A stretch of DNA of 64,000 nt, taken from assembly GCA_012295275.1 (NCBI GenBank), contig CM022679.1:10292001-10356000 (forward strand), in the 5' to 3' direction. Below, piece by piece: positions 38,507 through 52,886 of this stretch. Each line of letters opens with the position of its first letter. Within the stretch, counting starts at the first letter, position 1. The notes under the pieces were generated by a model. That model ran no database searches. It had not been told where the DNA came from and worked only from the letters and a program-made list of their open reading frames with translations. The position numbers and the translations under genes are program-made. The DNA comes from Chrysomallon squamiferum. Taxonomy: Eukaryota; Animalia; Mollusca.

Positions 38507-39264
38507 GACAATTTTAACCTCTACAGAAACAGATACCATTTTATTTACCTTTAGACTGTAATTTATTTATGGGAACCAGTGAAACTTACAATGACATTTT
38601 GAAAATAAAGATAGTAAACAAACAAGCAAACAATCAATCAAATAAATAAATAAATAAATAAAATCAAAATATCCTGCCAGGAGAAAATAAAGTTTCAGGT
38701 TTTTGGCAGACAGACAAAAAAAAAAAAAAAAAAAAAAAAATGGCAGACTCTTTCTTGACAAATAATTAATAACACTTTTTTGTCTGTTTAGTTGTCAAAA
38801 CACTTGTATCGACAGCAGTTAGTTATGGCAGCCAACAAAACAGACATTTTTTATTTTATTTTATCTGTTGACATGACCATTCTGAATGGAGATGCCACAT
38901 TAAACGATGCACTCCAATCAGATCCATAATTCTGATGGCTTATTGATTGGGAACCAGAAAAAGAAACAAATTGTATAGAAGGGAACTTGGAACTAAACTG
39001 TATGACGTCAATGCATTGTTTAGAAAAATGATTTGATCCTCTTTTAAGAAGTCTCAGACTGTACTAGCTTTGCCTGGTCTGGTGAGAGCAGCAGCTACGA
39101 AGGCAATCTTTATGAATGTCTGGACAAGCAAAACACATTGTAAACAATAACTTACATTGATCTTAACGTTAATAAATACAAAAGTTTGTGCAGTTCTGGA
39201 GATGAAAGTAAAAAATGAAGGGAAAAGAACAGCAGTGGTTGATTATAACAGTATATTACAGCAT

Positions 39265-39357
<93 letters not shown>
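39265..39357. repeat. (CA)n microsatellite, about 46 units
   Basis: Read directly. Similar CA/TG runs at 9661-9702, 20511-20595, 29857-30006, 38468-38505, 41821-41937, 43120-43375, 46515-46585 and 49814-49910. Confidence 0.95.
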
Positions 39358-39360
<3 letters not shown>

Positions 39361-41837
39361 TATTTACAGTCTTTTGGTTTCCTTTTCTGAAACAAACTGA
39401 ATAATGGTTTTAGACTACACTAAACTGAAATATTAAAAAATTCTAAGAAATACAAAAGTAAACCCACATTACAGTACCATAAAATTCATTCTGAGAATTG
39501 AGATATTAAATTTCAAAAATTAAGAAATATAAGTTTCTTATTATCTAGATCAGTCTTGTATATAGCAACATGTATTCTAAACTTTTCCTTTTACGAAACA
39601 CTTGAAAACACACTGTTTTTCCATTTCTTCTTTTCTATGTTTCTCCTTTTTTCTGTTTCTCTTTCTAATTTACTCACTGACTCATTCATTTATTCACTCA
39701 ATCATTAAACAAACATAATAAGAATCTTTTAAAAAAAAATAAAGTAATGCTTGAACAACATAAAATTTAGTTATACCAACATTTTCTTTCAAACTTAACC
39801 AATCGTAAGTTCTTTTTAATCCAAACTGATAATATAGTCCAAAAAAAATTGTTTTCGCATCTTTAGCAACTCTACTGACATTTTTTGGTTCTGTTTAAGT
39901 TCAGCTATCTCGTGTTCTTTTTACTTCATTTTCAAGCTAATTACTCCAGTTCCAAACCTGCTCGAAAATGACATTTTACAGGTATGCAAAGGTAAACACC
40001 AATACACAACTGGATTTTTATTTCCACTCATACTGGAGCCAGATCCACATTCCCACCTGAGGAAATGAAGCCAATTTAATCTAATCTTCTGCAGTGTCTG
40101 TTTTGACATCTTTGTAAAAAAATATAAATTGTGGTTTGACACTCTGTCATAAATAACTTAAATATTTTCACTCGAATACATCACATTTTGTACCCAAACA
40201 AAATACTCCATACCTTTGATTATATTGATTAACTTGCTATTTTTGCATCACTGGGTAACCAACTGATTTAGAAAGAATTTAATCATGTGGATGGTTTAAA
40301 AAAAAAATATATATGTATGTATTCTTTAATCAACATCAATGGTGGATAATTGAAAAAAAAAAAAAAAAAATATAGAAAAAATAAAGATACACAAATTAAA
40401 TAATAATAAGAAAAATTTTTTTAGTAAAAAAGTTTTAAATAACATGGCCATTGTTATTATTGAAAAAACTTTTGTTTTACACATTCAAATGACAATCAGA
40501 ATGAAGTGTTAGTTATAAAAAAACAAATACCGCTAAATTTTCTAATTTAAAAAAATAAAAAGAAGCAAAAAAAAATCAAAAACAAAAACAAAAACAAAAA
40601 ACCACCAACTACATTCCAAGGTAAAAAGAAATCAAGAAAGACATAAAAATCATTTCTAATTAGGTTGATTTGTTCAGTGTTTGCTGGAAATAACAGTAAT
40701 GAGCCATTATTAAGTTTAGTTTTTACAACTATCTTCAGTAAACAGAATGAGACCATTACCAGCCGACCTCTGACAAAACCACTTTGTTTTCAGAGCCGTA
40801 TTGACATATGGCTTCATACAAATACATCAGTGCTTTTGGAATATTCTGGATTGTCAAACTCTATTAGTCTAGTGCTCTCACTTCTCTGTATGTAGAAATC
40901 TTTCTCTCTCTCTCTCTCTTTCATTTTACTCTCATATTTTTCTCTCTTTCCATTTGATTCTTACTTTCTTTCTTTCTTTCTTTCCATCATCTTCTATCTT
41001 TCATTTCCATTTTGTCTTTCTCTCTTGCTTATCATTTCATTTGCTCATTTGCTGCATCTTCCTCTCTCTCCATCTTTTTTTTCTCGTATCTCTCAGTCAC
41101 TTTCTAAATAATCATAATCAAATAAAGACCAAAGAAATCTAATTAAGTCAGCAGTACTATGTTTGATTTCAGCCATTGTGGCAGATCTGGCTTTGGCACA
41201 GAGATGTTAACCAAACAGGACTTATGCCCCACTTGTGGATTAGAATTTCATGAGGTCACAACTCCCCTTAATACTCACAAAACAGGATATAAAAAAAAAA
41301 AAAAAAAAAAAAAACTTGTTGTGGAAACATACACTAATGGTGTTAGGTTTTAAACTTAGATTTGTATACAGGAGGAACAGTGAATCTATAATTATCATGT
41401 CTGAAAATCTGTGTTTTCAATGTCAATGGCTTTTTGATGAGACAATGAAAAGAAAAACATTTACCCATGGACATGAGTGTTTTTCTCCACAACAGTAGGT
41501 CTCTAGGACTATTTACTTAGTATTGCATGAAGGTTATTATCATTTCTACCAATTAAATAGGAAATTTGAGAGATCTGGACACGTGATATATTAGTCCTGT
41601 GTTTGTGACATTATAGTCATAATACAGAGAGATGTTGGATTTGGGAATTTGGTCAAGAATGCATAAAAGATATCTTAAAATTATGTTGCTTGTATAGGTA
41701 AACTTTTAAAAGGTTTCAGTGTATGTGTTTATCTGATAGACATATTTTTGCATTTATGAATGTTAATATTGATTTTCTTTTTGATTCTTTTCTTTCTCTT
41801 TTTCTCACTTGCTCTATATAACACACACACACACACA

Positions 41838-41941
<104 letters not shown>

Positions 41942-42184
41942 ATCCATTCACACAGACCAAACAAATAGACTTATTCTTTCACTATACTAAACTAAATGTA
42001 TTGCAACAGCTAAAACTGTTTTTACTTACCTAATTTGGAAAACATCTAATACATTAAAAAAAAAAAAAAAAATCTTAAAATAAAAGAGTGGCCCCCCCTT
42101 ATAGATTTTTACTAAAATTGAAAGCAAATTTGACAGTAGAATCTATAGCTTTTTTAAGCTTTGAATAACTGCAATTGTGAGAAA

Positions 42185-42222
<38 letters not shown>

Positions 42223-42699
42223 GGAAATTGATCCTTTGGCTTATGTATTGAGTAAATTTGATATGCCTGCAATTAAATTGCAACTAATTGCTGAAATATG
42301 AATCTGCTAAGCTTTGGATTAAGTCCTAAAAAGCACAAACAAATGTCATAGACCAAAAGTAGCTAATTAAATGACAATGTGAGACATTAAATGATCTTAT
42401 GGGCCATTACTCTTTTTTTATTACCTGCCAGAGTTAAATTATATCAAGGTATGTAATTAGACCTGTAGCTCTTTTCAGGTAATACAAATAAAAATAAATA
42501 AGGAATGAAATAAAATTTTTTTTATATATATTTAAAAATATAAAGAAAACCAATATGATCAGTAATAGTAAGATTATTAAAGTTTCAAATAAATGGATTA
42601 ATTTATGAATGATTATTTGTTTAATATAGTAAGGTATCTTAATGTTATTAGGTGACAAGTTTAAAGAGTTATTTTTATTATTATGTCTTTTAAATGAAA

Positions 42700-42832
42700 G
42701 CTGCATTGTGGCTTTTCTTACTAATTAGCAGTTAGAAATCTTTTATATGCACCTTTCCATGGACAGGGAAACACATACTGAAGTATTTGTTAAATCAGTT
42801 ATGGAGCACTGACTAGAACAGGAAATAGGTTA
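42700..42832 (-). mobile_element. Decayed SINE-like element fragment
   Basis: TAATTAGCAG...ATCTTTTATATGCACCTTTCCATGGACAGGG...CAGTTATGGAGCACTGACTAGAAC. Confidence 0.7.
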
Positions 42833-42909
42833 ATATCTTACTAAAGTATGTTGTAATACTTGGTTTGTAGATTAAAAGAAACAGATATGTCGGTTTGAAT
42901 CTATGCATT

Positions 42910-42940
<31 letters not shown>

Positions 42941-45900
42941 CTGTGTTTGTGTTAGTTTATATTATATATTATACACAAAAACACAGGCATACATACATTC
43001 ATGTATGTGTCTGTATAAAATGGTCATAATTCACTATCAACATTCATAGTTATCTATCACTTAGTTTCTCATTCTCCAGTACCAGTATATATGGTCCCAG
43101 AGAAAATATATATACATATTTATGTATGTATGTATGTATATATATGTATGTGTGTGTGTAAATATATATATACACACACACACACATACATACATACATG
43201 TGTGTATGTGTGTGTATGTGTGTGTATGTATATGTGTGTGTGTATATATGTATGTAAGTGTGTATGTGTGTGTTTATGTGTATGTATGTATGTGTGTGTG
43301 TATATGTATGTGTATGTGTATATGTGTGTATGTATGTATGTGTGTGTGTCTGTGTGTGTGTGTGTCTGTGTGTGTAAAACTAAAGATATTATCACCTCCA
43401 GCTACAGATGAGAACACAGTGTGTAAGATTAGACTGTTATTAGAGAAAAGAAACAATTTCACAGAGCCCTGGGACACGGCTGTTAATATGTACATCCTGT
43501 GGGTGAAGCGCACACATCTTTGAAAGTGATATTATTAAAAAACTGCTGCCAGCGTTTTCACCAGTGTGTATTTTGGACAGTGATACGTTTTTGAAAATGA
43601 CATTATTAAATAGTGCTTGGAGCAGTTTCACTGTGGCAGTGTTATGAAATTCTTAACTGTGCTTATTATGGTGTAACACGGAGTGAAGTGAATCCGAAAA
43701 TATCAGAAGTTTAAAAATATTTTTCAAAATTTAGCCTTTCGTGGACTTATATTTAACTTTCTTTGAAATATCTCGTTTAACTATGCTATTCTTAACTATT
43801 GCAATTTAGATATCTATATATATATATTTGATAAGACTATATATAGATATATTTAAATTGTTATCCATTTACTCTGAACTTTTTCCATTACTACTACTAC
43901 AATTATTACTACTACTACTACTACTACAATTATTACTACTACTACTATCATTATCATCATCATCAGTTTTATTATCATCATAATTATTACTAAATTCATT
44001 CATTCATTTATTTTTTCATGAAAAACAAGTCATACTAAATTCGTTAACTTCAACATCTAAATATCACAAATTGTCCAAGATGGAGGTTAAAACAAAAGGT
44101 TTTCATATCACTAATACCACAAAAAAAAAAAAAAAAAAAATAAGCCTGCCGGAAATCAGTCCATGATGTCTTGTTCATCAACATGATCAAGATACACCTT
44201 GTGATTTAGGTCAGAAGAAGAAGAAGAAGAAAAGGAAAATTGATTATATTGAAAAGGTCATCATTCTAGCATTAAACAGAGGTGAACAAAAAAATGTATT
44301 AAAAATCTGGAAACTTTTGTGACAAATGATAAATGTTGAATGCAGCTTTCAGCACATCTGTGTAAGACAATCTGATAATTAAGCTGTTTGATTTTAAATT
44401 TTTTTTTTCTTTTTTCTATTTATTCAAAAAAATAACAAAAAAACAATAACAACAGAAATAAAAATAAACCAAAAGGTTAATGGTCTTAAAGTATGGCAGA
44501 TTTGAAAAAAAGTATTTCAGATAAACATAGTGATTTGAAAACTGATAAACAAATTTGTTTTTAGTTAATGGTACGAACTAACAGCCTGTAATAATAAAAA
44601 AAAAAAATGTATGCTTGCAAATCATTGTCTTGTTGATAAATCTTCCAACCAAACATTTCTAATAATAAAGTTTGACAACAAAAGAACAAATACCTGAAGT
44701 TGCAAGAAGAATGACATTATTTTTTGTTTTTGTTAATTTGTGCTCAAAGAAAGACACAAAATCCTCTTATAAACTGATAACACCACATCGGAGCATTGAA
44801 TTACTCAGTCTATCATGAATTTTTTTCACAATTCTATTTACAAAAATTAATGCTGATATAAAAATAATAAATTTCAGCTCTGATATGATTATTTTTATCA
44901 TTATTATAATTTTATTTTTATTAGCAAACATTGGTTACAAAAAAAATGAAAGACTGTGACTTGAAAATATAAAAAATACATAGGCTGTTTGTTCAAACTG
45001 ACCCATTATAATTATACAAACCTGTATTTTAATAATGATGGATGACTAAAAATGCCATCACTGCTACTGCTGCAGATAACATTTCCACAAAGTCATTCCA
45101 TCTTAACATGCTGAATGACATGTAGGCTGGAAAATTGTAGTAATTAAATGTTTTACTCTGAAAATTGCTACGGCCATTAAATATTTTACAGTCACAGATT
45201 CCTAGCTGGATGATAATCTTTCAAAGATATTACTCGATCCAAGATGTCAGGCTTTTAGAACTGAACTGATAGTTTTATGAAAGAGAAAAGAAAAAAGATA
45301 ATCAAATTTTTATCTTTTTTTTTTTTCAACACCTCATCTTTTTGCATTTTGTCGAGCTCACAGTATGGTAACATTGTGGTTGGTTTCAAGTGTTCGTTAT
45401 TGTATGATCCATATATAGATGGATGTTTCCGTGTATGTGTGTGTAAATGTATGTATGAGTGAATGTGTGGGTGGTCACATGAGTGGGTGTGTATGTAGAT
45501 GTCAGACACTGCTGACAAAATATGGCACCCCTTCGCCTATATTCCATAAACAGATGACATTACCATTCAGCCACAAAGACAACCTCAAAAAAAAAAAATA
45601 TTGTTCAGTAATCGATAGAAATCATCACTTAACAGTTCTTTTGTCTGTCTTTTATTTTTTTGTGTATCATTTTAGTTTTGTGGAAAAACCTATCTCTGGC
45701 AAGATATGCATATTAGTTATGAATATTCTCTGTTTTATGTTCCTGTGATTAGAAACAGTGAGAACAAAATTCGCGTGTAAATAATTAATCACGAACTGTA
45801 ACAGTAGTAATAAGATATGAGAAAAGTGGAAATGGCTGCATATAAACTGATGTGGTGTTTCATTCATCATAATTTGAAGTATCCATTTCTGCAATATTCC

Positions 45901-46529
45901 TATTGGTCAAAATGTCACAGAAAGCAATCTGTTGAAGAAAGAGCTTTTACAAAGAGATAGAAGGGATAAAAAAAAAAAAAAAAAAAAAAAAAACAAAAAA
46001 AACAACAAAAAACGAGAATTTACCCAAAACTCCAAAAAGTGAACAAGAATATCCATCACATTTATCTGAAATTGCTGTGTAGTAATAAGCTGTGAATCCC
46101 TGGTATCCGCTGTAAAAGAAACCTTTTGCAGTAAAACATGTCACAGGAAGCAAATCAAATTTCCATTCCATGTCTGTGAGATAAAACTTATAAAGCACCC
46201 CAAAGAATGATTAATGAAGTTTGCCTAAGAAGATTGTTATAACACTGCAAAGTTTATTTGTGCAGAAAAGCCATATTTTGATCAATGGTATTACAGATAA
46301 GGTGTGTGGCTAAAAAAATTAAAAAAAAAAAATGTAACAAAAACCCCCACAAAACCCCCAAATTTATCTTCATGTTTTTGTCTGGAGTTTATTGGAGGGA
46401 TTTTTTTTTTACTAATTTAAAATAAATAAGGCTTTATGTTTATTACAAAAAAGAAAGGAAATTGGAATTCACTTTTAGAAATCTTGTACACTAATTTTGT
46501 TAGATGTATGCACAGACACACACACACAT

Positions 46530-46564
<35 letters not shown>

Positions 46565-47289
46565 CATACACACACAGACACACATATATTAAAATATACA
46601 TATGTAAAATCACAGACACACTCAATGACAGTGACTGATACATTCACACTTATATGACTGTAATTCTGTACTTATTAATAAACACACAGGCATGCAACTT
46701 CATCCTATTATTTATACATGGATCTATTAATTAAAATTAAAAAAAACATTAATAAATAAATAAAATAAAAAAATAAATAAAAAAAATAAAATAAAATAAA
46801 CAAACAAAATCTAAAACAAAACTAAAACAAAACTACAAAAAAAACAGAAAAAAAAAAAAAAATCATCTGTCAGGATTTGATCTCATAATCTTTTTCTTTC
46901 CCAAAACATCTTTTAATCACGCACACGTTCAATAACAGCTCACTCATTTTGTTTCTAATTAGCTGTCTTTTCACACAGTACCATATAACCCGGCTTACCA
47001 GAGGGATGCATGGCTGAGAATATTACCTTAACAAGGTGTACAATCTGATGACAGTAATAAGGCCCCTGGTGTACATCAATTCCCACTTTTGTAATAAGCT
47101 GAGAGATAATGAGTTTCAGGATTAACAAGTCAAGTCGGGGAAATTTCAGGTGAAAAACCATCCGGATATTTTTTATTTTTATTTAAGATAACCTGTAATG
47201 TTTCAGTATGTCTGTTTTATATGGCAATATCTTGTGGGCAAGCTATATAGCAGATATTCTTATTGATGTGATAGTTATGTTTGTGATAA

Positions 47290-48080
47290 TTTCACTGTTA
47301 TTATCAGACTGTTACTGAAATGATAGACATTTACTGATAATATGACAATAATTATCACCGATATAACAATTTTTTTTTATGACAATTATTTATTACTAAT
47401 ATAACACAGACTTTCATATATATAACAACTGTTATTACTGATAAGACAATTATTGTTATTGATATAAACCAAATCATTATTCATATGTCATAACCTATTA
47501 TATAATGATATTTTGTTTTATATTCTTACATTAGTATAACTCATATGATGACAAAAACTATTACTAATACAACAATTACTAACATGACAAATACTATTAC
47601 TGACCCCTATAAAATGAGAAGCTATGTGCAGAACATTGCTATTGATTTGAAATACACAAACTGTTGCTACAGTGGCAAACACTTACTGACATGACATATT
47701 GTGACTGATACGAGATTTACTATTATTGATATAACTGCTACTTTTACTGCTGAGGCAAGAACTTATTGATATGACAAAGTATTATTACTGACATAAAATG
47801 TTTACAGATTGTTACTGATTTGACTGATATTAATGTTAATGCGACTAATACTGATACTCATGATAAATATTATAATCAGTATGACTATTACCAATGTAAT
47901 TTAATAATGTTACTAATGACAAACACTATTACTGTTATGACAAATGCTATCACCATTGTAACTAATAGTATTTCCACAATGACTAATTACTACTCATAAG
48001 ATTAATAATATTGCTAATATGACTAACATTATTTTTATGACAAACACCATTACCAACATGACAAGCAATGTTACTCATAC
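47290..48080 (+). repeat. Highly degenerate ~20-25-bp tandem repeat (approx. TTACTGATATGACAAATACTA)
   Basis: Recurrent TTACT(G/A)A(T/C)ATGAC motifs over about 800 bp. Confidence 0.65.
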
Positions 48081-49845
48081 AAAAAAAATAAGGTGATCTG
48101 ACAGTAATCGACATTCATTTCATTAACACAGAACATTACAATCAGTAGTGTTCCAGTTAAAAGATATGTCAGACACTGGTTGCAGTTACCAACTGGAATG
48201 GAACTGTGGTAATTGGCATCAGTAACCTCTGGACATCACATGATCCAGCCGAAAGCAATACATCTGTGAGGAAGGAAACATGCCAACAATTTCCCTTGCA
48301 ATTGCAGGCATGTGAGGAATTTCTCTGGCAATCAGAGACGACATCTGTGTATCAGAGGTGATGTTGAAGAACAAACAGCAGAGTCTTCAAAGCACAAAGT
48401 AGGCAAAGAGGTGGTGGAAAAGAAAAAAAAAAAAAAAAAACCAACATGAAAGAGTGAAAAAAAAAAAAAGATGGACTGAAACTATAATGTAAACTGAAGC
48501 TTTGCAATATATTTGACATGAACTGGCTGATTTGAGAGATAAAAATGTAAAGGATAAAAAGCTTTGCGGAAATGAACTATCAGAATGGAGAAAGAAAAAG
48601 AAGAAGAAAAAAAAAAGAAGAAGAAAATTGATGTTTGTCAATGATGCGGGGGAAAATGAATTTAAAAAAAATAAAATAAAATAAAAAAAAAAAATCCTTA
48701 AAAATTTAGTATGTACAGGAAGTGAAAAAAATTCAAAAAATTTAAAATATAAAAATTTGAAAAAAAGAAAAAAGAAAAGAAGAAGAAAAAAGTTTAAAAC
48801 AAAGAGTAAGCAATAAAACTCTTTGCTTAAACAGTTGTTTAACAGTTCCACTGTTTAACAGTTACACCTTGATTTATTCCCATTTCTCCCTGATTTATAC
48901 CTTTTACAACTGTTACGCTATTTTTCATACCTGAAGTGCCACAGATATTTATTCTCTATTTTCACAGATAATGTTCCACTGACGTTAACAATGTTCAGAA
49001 CGACGTTAAATCAAATAATGCCACGTGTCATGCCTAATAATGTAATGATAACGAAATGGCAATACACATAAAAGTATTATCAAATATCTGACATAAATCA
49101 TGTGTTTGACATATATGTCCTGTGTTAAGACTCTCCAGTAGACCAGTCTGTTAACATCAGCCTTATAAATGATGATGATGATGATGATGATGATGAAATT
49201 TGTCCACTTCTGTCTTCATCCACATTTTTGTCTCTCTCTGACTACTTATTTTCTGTGTGTGTGTTGATGATGTGCTTATAATAACTATATCTTCAACATT
49301 TTTTTATAATATCTATTATTTCAAAATCATCTATTACTTCATAATTATTTCATAACTTATTTTCATACAAACAAGCATTTTATCAATCATATACTTTGCT
49401 ATCTGATATTTAAATTTAATTTGACTTTAAGCAGTAAGTAAACATGATTCAGATTTTAGCACAAATGTCTCTCGCAGGCACTGAAATGGTTTTATTTAGT
49501 ACAGCTATCAGTCAAAATGTACTGTGTGCTTAGGGAATGTTAAAAAGGGGAATTCATTTCATTTAGGTCTTCTGCTGGTTAGTGACAGGAAGTCACTATA
49601 CCCATGACTAAAGCTTTGTAGCATGTGTGGTCATTAAATATTAATGACCTCATCTATTTTAAATGTAACAATTAATGTGCTGTTGTCAGGAGATTGTTTC
49701 TCTGTGGTTTTCTTTTCTTTTTTTTTTGGTTAATGAGATATTGACATTCCAAAATACCAGTGTGTAACAGTATTTTGAAATTTGTCAACATTTTTCTCTC
49801 TCTGCCTATTTTCTGTGTGTGTGTGTGTGTGTATTGACATGTGTG

Positions 49846-49879
<34 letters not shown>

Positions 49880-49970
49880 TGTATGTATGTATGTATGTGT
49901 GTGTGTGTGTATATATATATGTATGTTTGCAAGCATCTGTACATGTATGTGTATATTTGTACATGCATGT

Positions 49971-50008
<38 letters not shown>

Positions 50009-50750
50009 TGTATGTAAGTATCTGTGTGTGTATGGATGTACAGGTAGGCAGGTATATATATGAACATACGGTTGTATTGTTCCACTGCATTGTTTGCAAT
50101 GCTATTTGTTAATCTCAGAGAATGGAACTAAGATTTATCCCCTGACACAATACTAAGCCAATACATTTCAGCAGCCACATTTCCTGCTTGTGCAAAAGAC
50201 TCTAAATGTCAGAATGTCATGTGGGAATGGCTGAAACATAATCTGGAAACATGGCATGAAATCTGACAAGAGCCAGGCTTCCCTAGAGGACAGATGTTTC
50301 GTATGAGTATTGCTACACACACATATGAACAGACCCAAAGACAATGCTAATCATCTTGTATGTACTGTCAGTGTCACTGTGTGGATTATTTCTGTTAACT
50401 GTATTGTTACTGAGGACGTGGTTTTGAAAACAAAATGATGCATTAAGTTTAGCTTGACCTAGGTTTGTGAAACACTAAAGTCTGGTATTTTCAGTAGCTA
50501 TGGCAACACTTTTATTCATCTTGACTTTTTATCTTCTTGAACCTTGGAGCAAGATTTTTAAAAATTTCCTGGAACGTTTGAATGGAAGAAGAAAAAGAAT
50601 ATGAAGAAGAAGAAGAAAAAAAGGGGATTTTTGTTTAATGAAATGACAAAATGTTTTGTTATCAGTCTTCTGCCAAATTGGCAAAATGCTCATAAAAATC
50701 TCATGTTTCTGAAAGAAAAAATATTCTGCAGTGACGAAAGACTTGTGTAT

Positions 50751-50789
<39 letters not shown>

Positions 50790-52504
50790 CCATGCAAGTG
50801 TGTCTCTATGTATGTACATAATATATATATGTATGTTTGTGTGTGTGTTTGTGAATATGTGTGTGTATGTGTAGCTGTATATATGAGCATGTGTCTGAAT
50901 TTGTATGTAGTGGAAATGAAAGCTGGTAATAAATATTATTAATCCATATAAATCAGAATTTTCATAATAATATTTAAGAATGATTATGAAACCTTTGTAA
51001 AAATAGTTTTTGTAAATAAACAATATAAAATCATAACAATGGTAGAATTATCAAGTAAATAAAATCACTACACCATTTGAGTTTGACAATATAATGACAA
51101 TAAAATATTCATGATAAACATTCTGTTTTCTTCTTCTTTTCTTTTACTGCATTGTGTATATATTAGCCAGTAGCATGTCAGTAAGATAAAATGTTTTAAA
51201 ACGATATTAAATAAAGATATATGTGATCGATAAAAAAAGTAAATAAATATTAAGTAGTTACCAAACAAAAAAAAAAAAAAAAAAAAAAAAATCTCATAAT
51301 GTTTCTCTCTTGTTTGTTAATTTGTTTTCTGAAAAGGAAATAAACCAGTTACAAAACACTTAAGGAAATAGTAATTAACTATATGAATAAAATAAAATAA
51401 TAAAAATGGAAGACATAAAACAAAGCAAAAACAAAAAACAAAACCAAAAAACAAAACCCAGAAACAAAAATAACAAACAGTTGATTGTAACAGATTCGAG
51501 ATCTTGTTTTATTAAAATCTTTTCAGCAACATTTTCAATAATATCAAAACGTAACAACAGCTGCGCAATACAGGAGAGTGTTATGTGATCAGACACAACA
51601 TGAAAGACGGCTGAGTGCAAAGAATACACGTGTTATCTCACACTGTGTAGGAGGTAAGTAAAGTATTTGCTACCATCACAAAAAAAACCCCACTAGTATC
51701 TGTCTAGTCATAATGAGCTCATGTTGAAAGACATTCTTATCATGGAAGAAACACTGGGAAATTCATTCTTCACACCTTACATTATTTTCTATGGGCTTTT
51801 TTGTTGTTGTTTTTTTTTTGTTCTTGTTTTGCTGATATGCAAACAGGTTGATGGGAGTGAGTAACATTCCCTGTGATTATGAATGAAGAAGGAATGAATG
51901 AATGAAAAATACATCTGTGGAAATACTCAGACAAGTGATGATACACATAATTGCATTGCAGAGTATACTGTACAGAAAAAGAATTGACTTGATGAAAATT
52001 AGCACTCACTGTACACATAAATCTCTGATGACAATGTGAAAATTAACATCCATATTTACATACATGAATCTGTGAAAATGAATAAATTGGGCAATGGGTT
52101 TTTCATTGTTGTTTATTGATAATTGGGTTTTCTGATTACATTTTCAATGATGTGTGGTATTCCAGTTAATAATATGTGAAATACATTATTACACATGCAT
52201 AGAGGAATCTTAACACAACTTAAACATATTAGAATAATATTTAAGGAAAAGGAATCAGACAAAGAAACAAAAAATAAACTTGAAGAATGAGTCAAAAAAG
52301 AAAGAATGTGACTGCAGGAGGGAATGAGATAAATATGTAAGGAGAGTTATGTGAATCAAAGAGAAAAGTTAAATACAAAACTGAAGAAAAAGAGAAAGTG
52401 ATAGAAAAAAAACACAAAAGATAACAAATGAGGGGAATGAAACTAAAGGGGCAGAAGACAAATAAAAACATGAAAACAGGGAAACAGACAGCACAAATGT
52501 TAAA

Positions 52505-52886
52505 AGTGAAAACACTGGAAGGTGCACTGAAGTCTTTGCAAAACACTCAATATCCTTTATATAAATATCAATCCAATAGCTATGACAATTCCATACGGAA
52601 TACAAACAAAAACATGTTAGGACAGAGAATCACAAAGGACAAGTGGAAATCTGAATTATACTGGAAGAAGCACTGAAATGTCTGTGAAGCTCTAAATACA
52701 CTTTGTATACAGGTCAATCCAATAGCTATGACAATTTCAAAAACATGTTAGGACAGGGAATCACACAGGACAGGTGGGAATTTGAATATACTGGAAGAAG
52801 CACTGAAATGTCTGGTTGAGAGAAGTGTTTGCAAAGCACTAAATACACTTTGTATGCAGGTCAATCCAATAGCTATGACAATTTCA
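52505..52886 (+). repeat. Tandem duplication, ~2.5 x ~146 bp
   Basis: TCAATCCAATAGCTATGACAATT at about 52568, 52714 and 52861; AAAAACATGTTAGGACAG..AATCAC and CTGGAAG.AGCACTGAA repeated. Confidence 0.85.
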
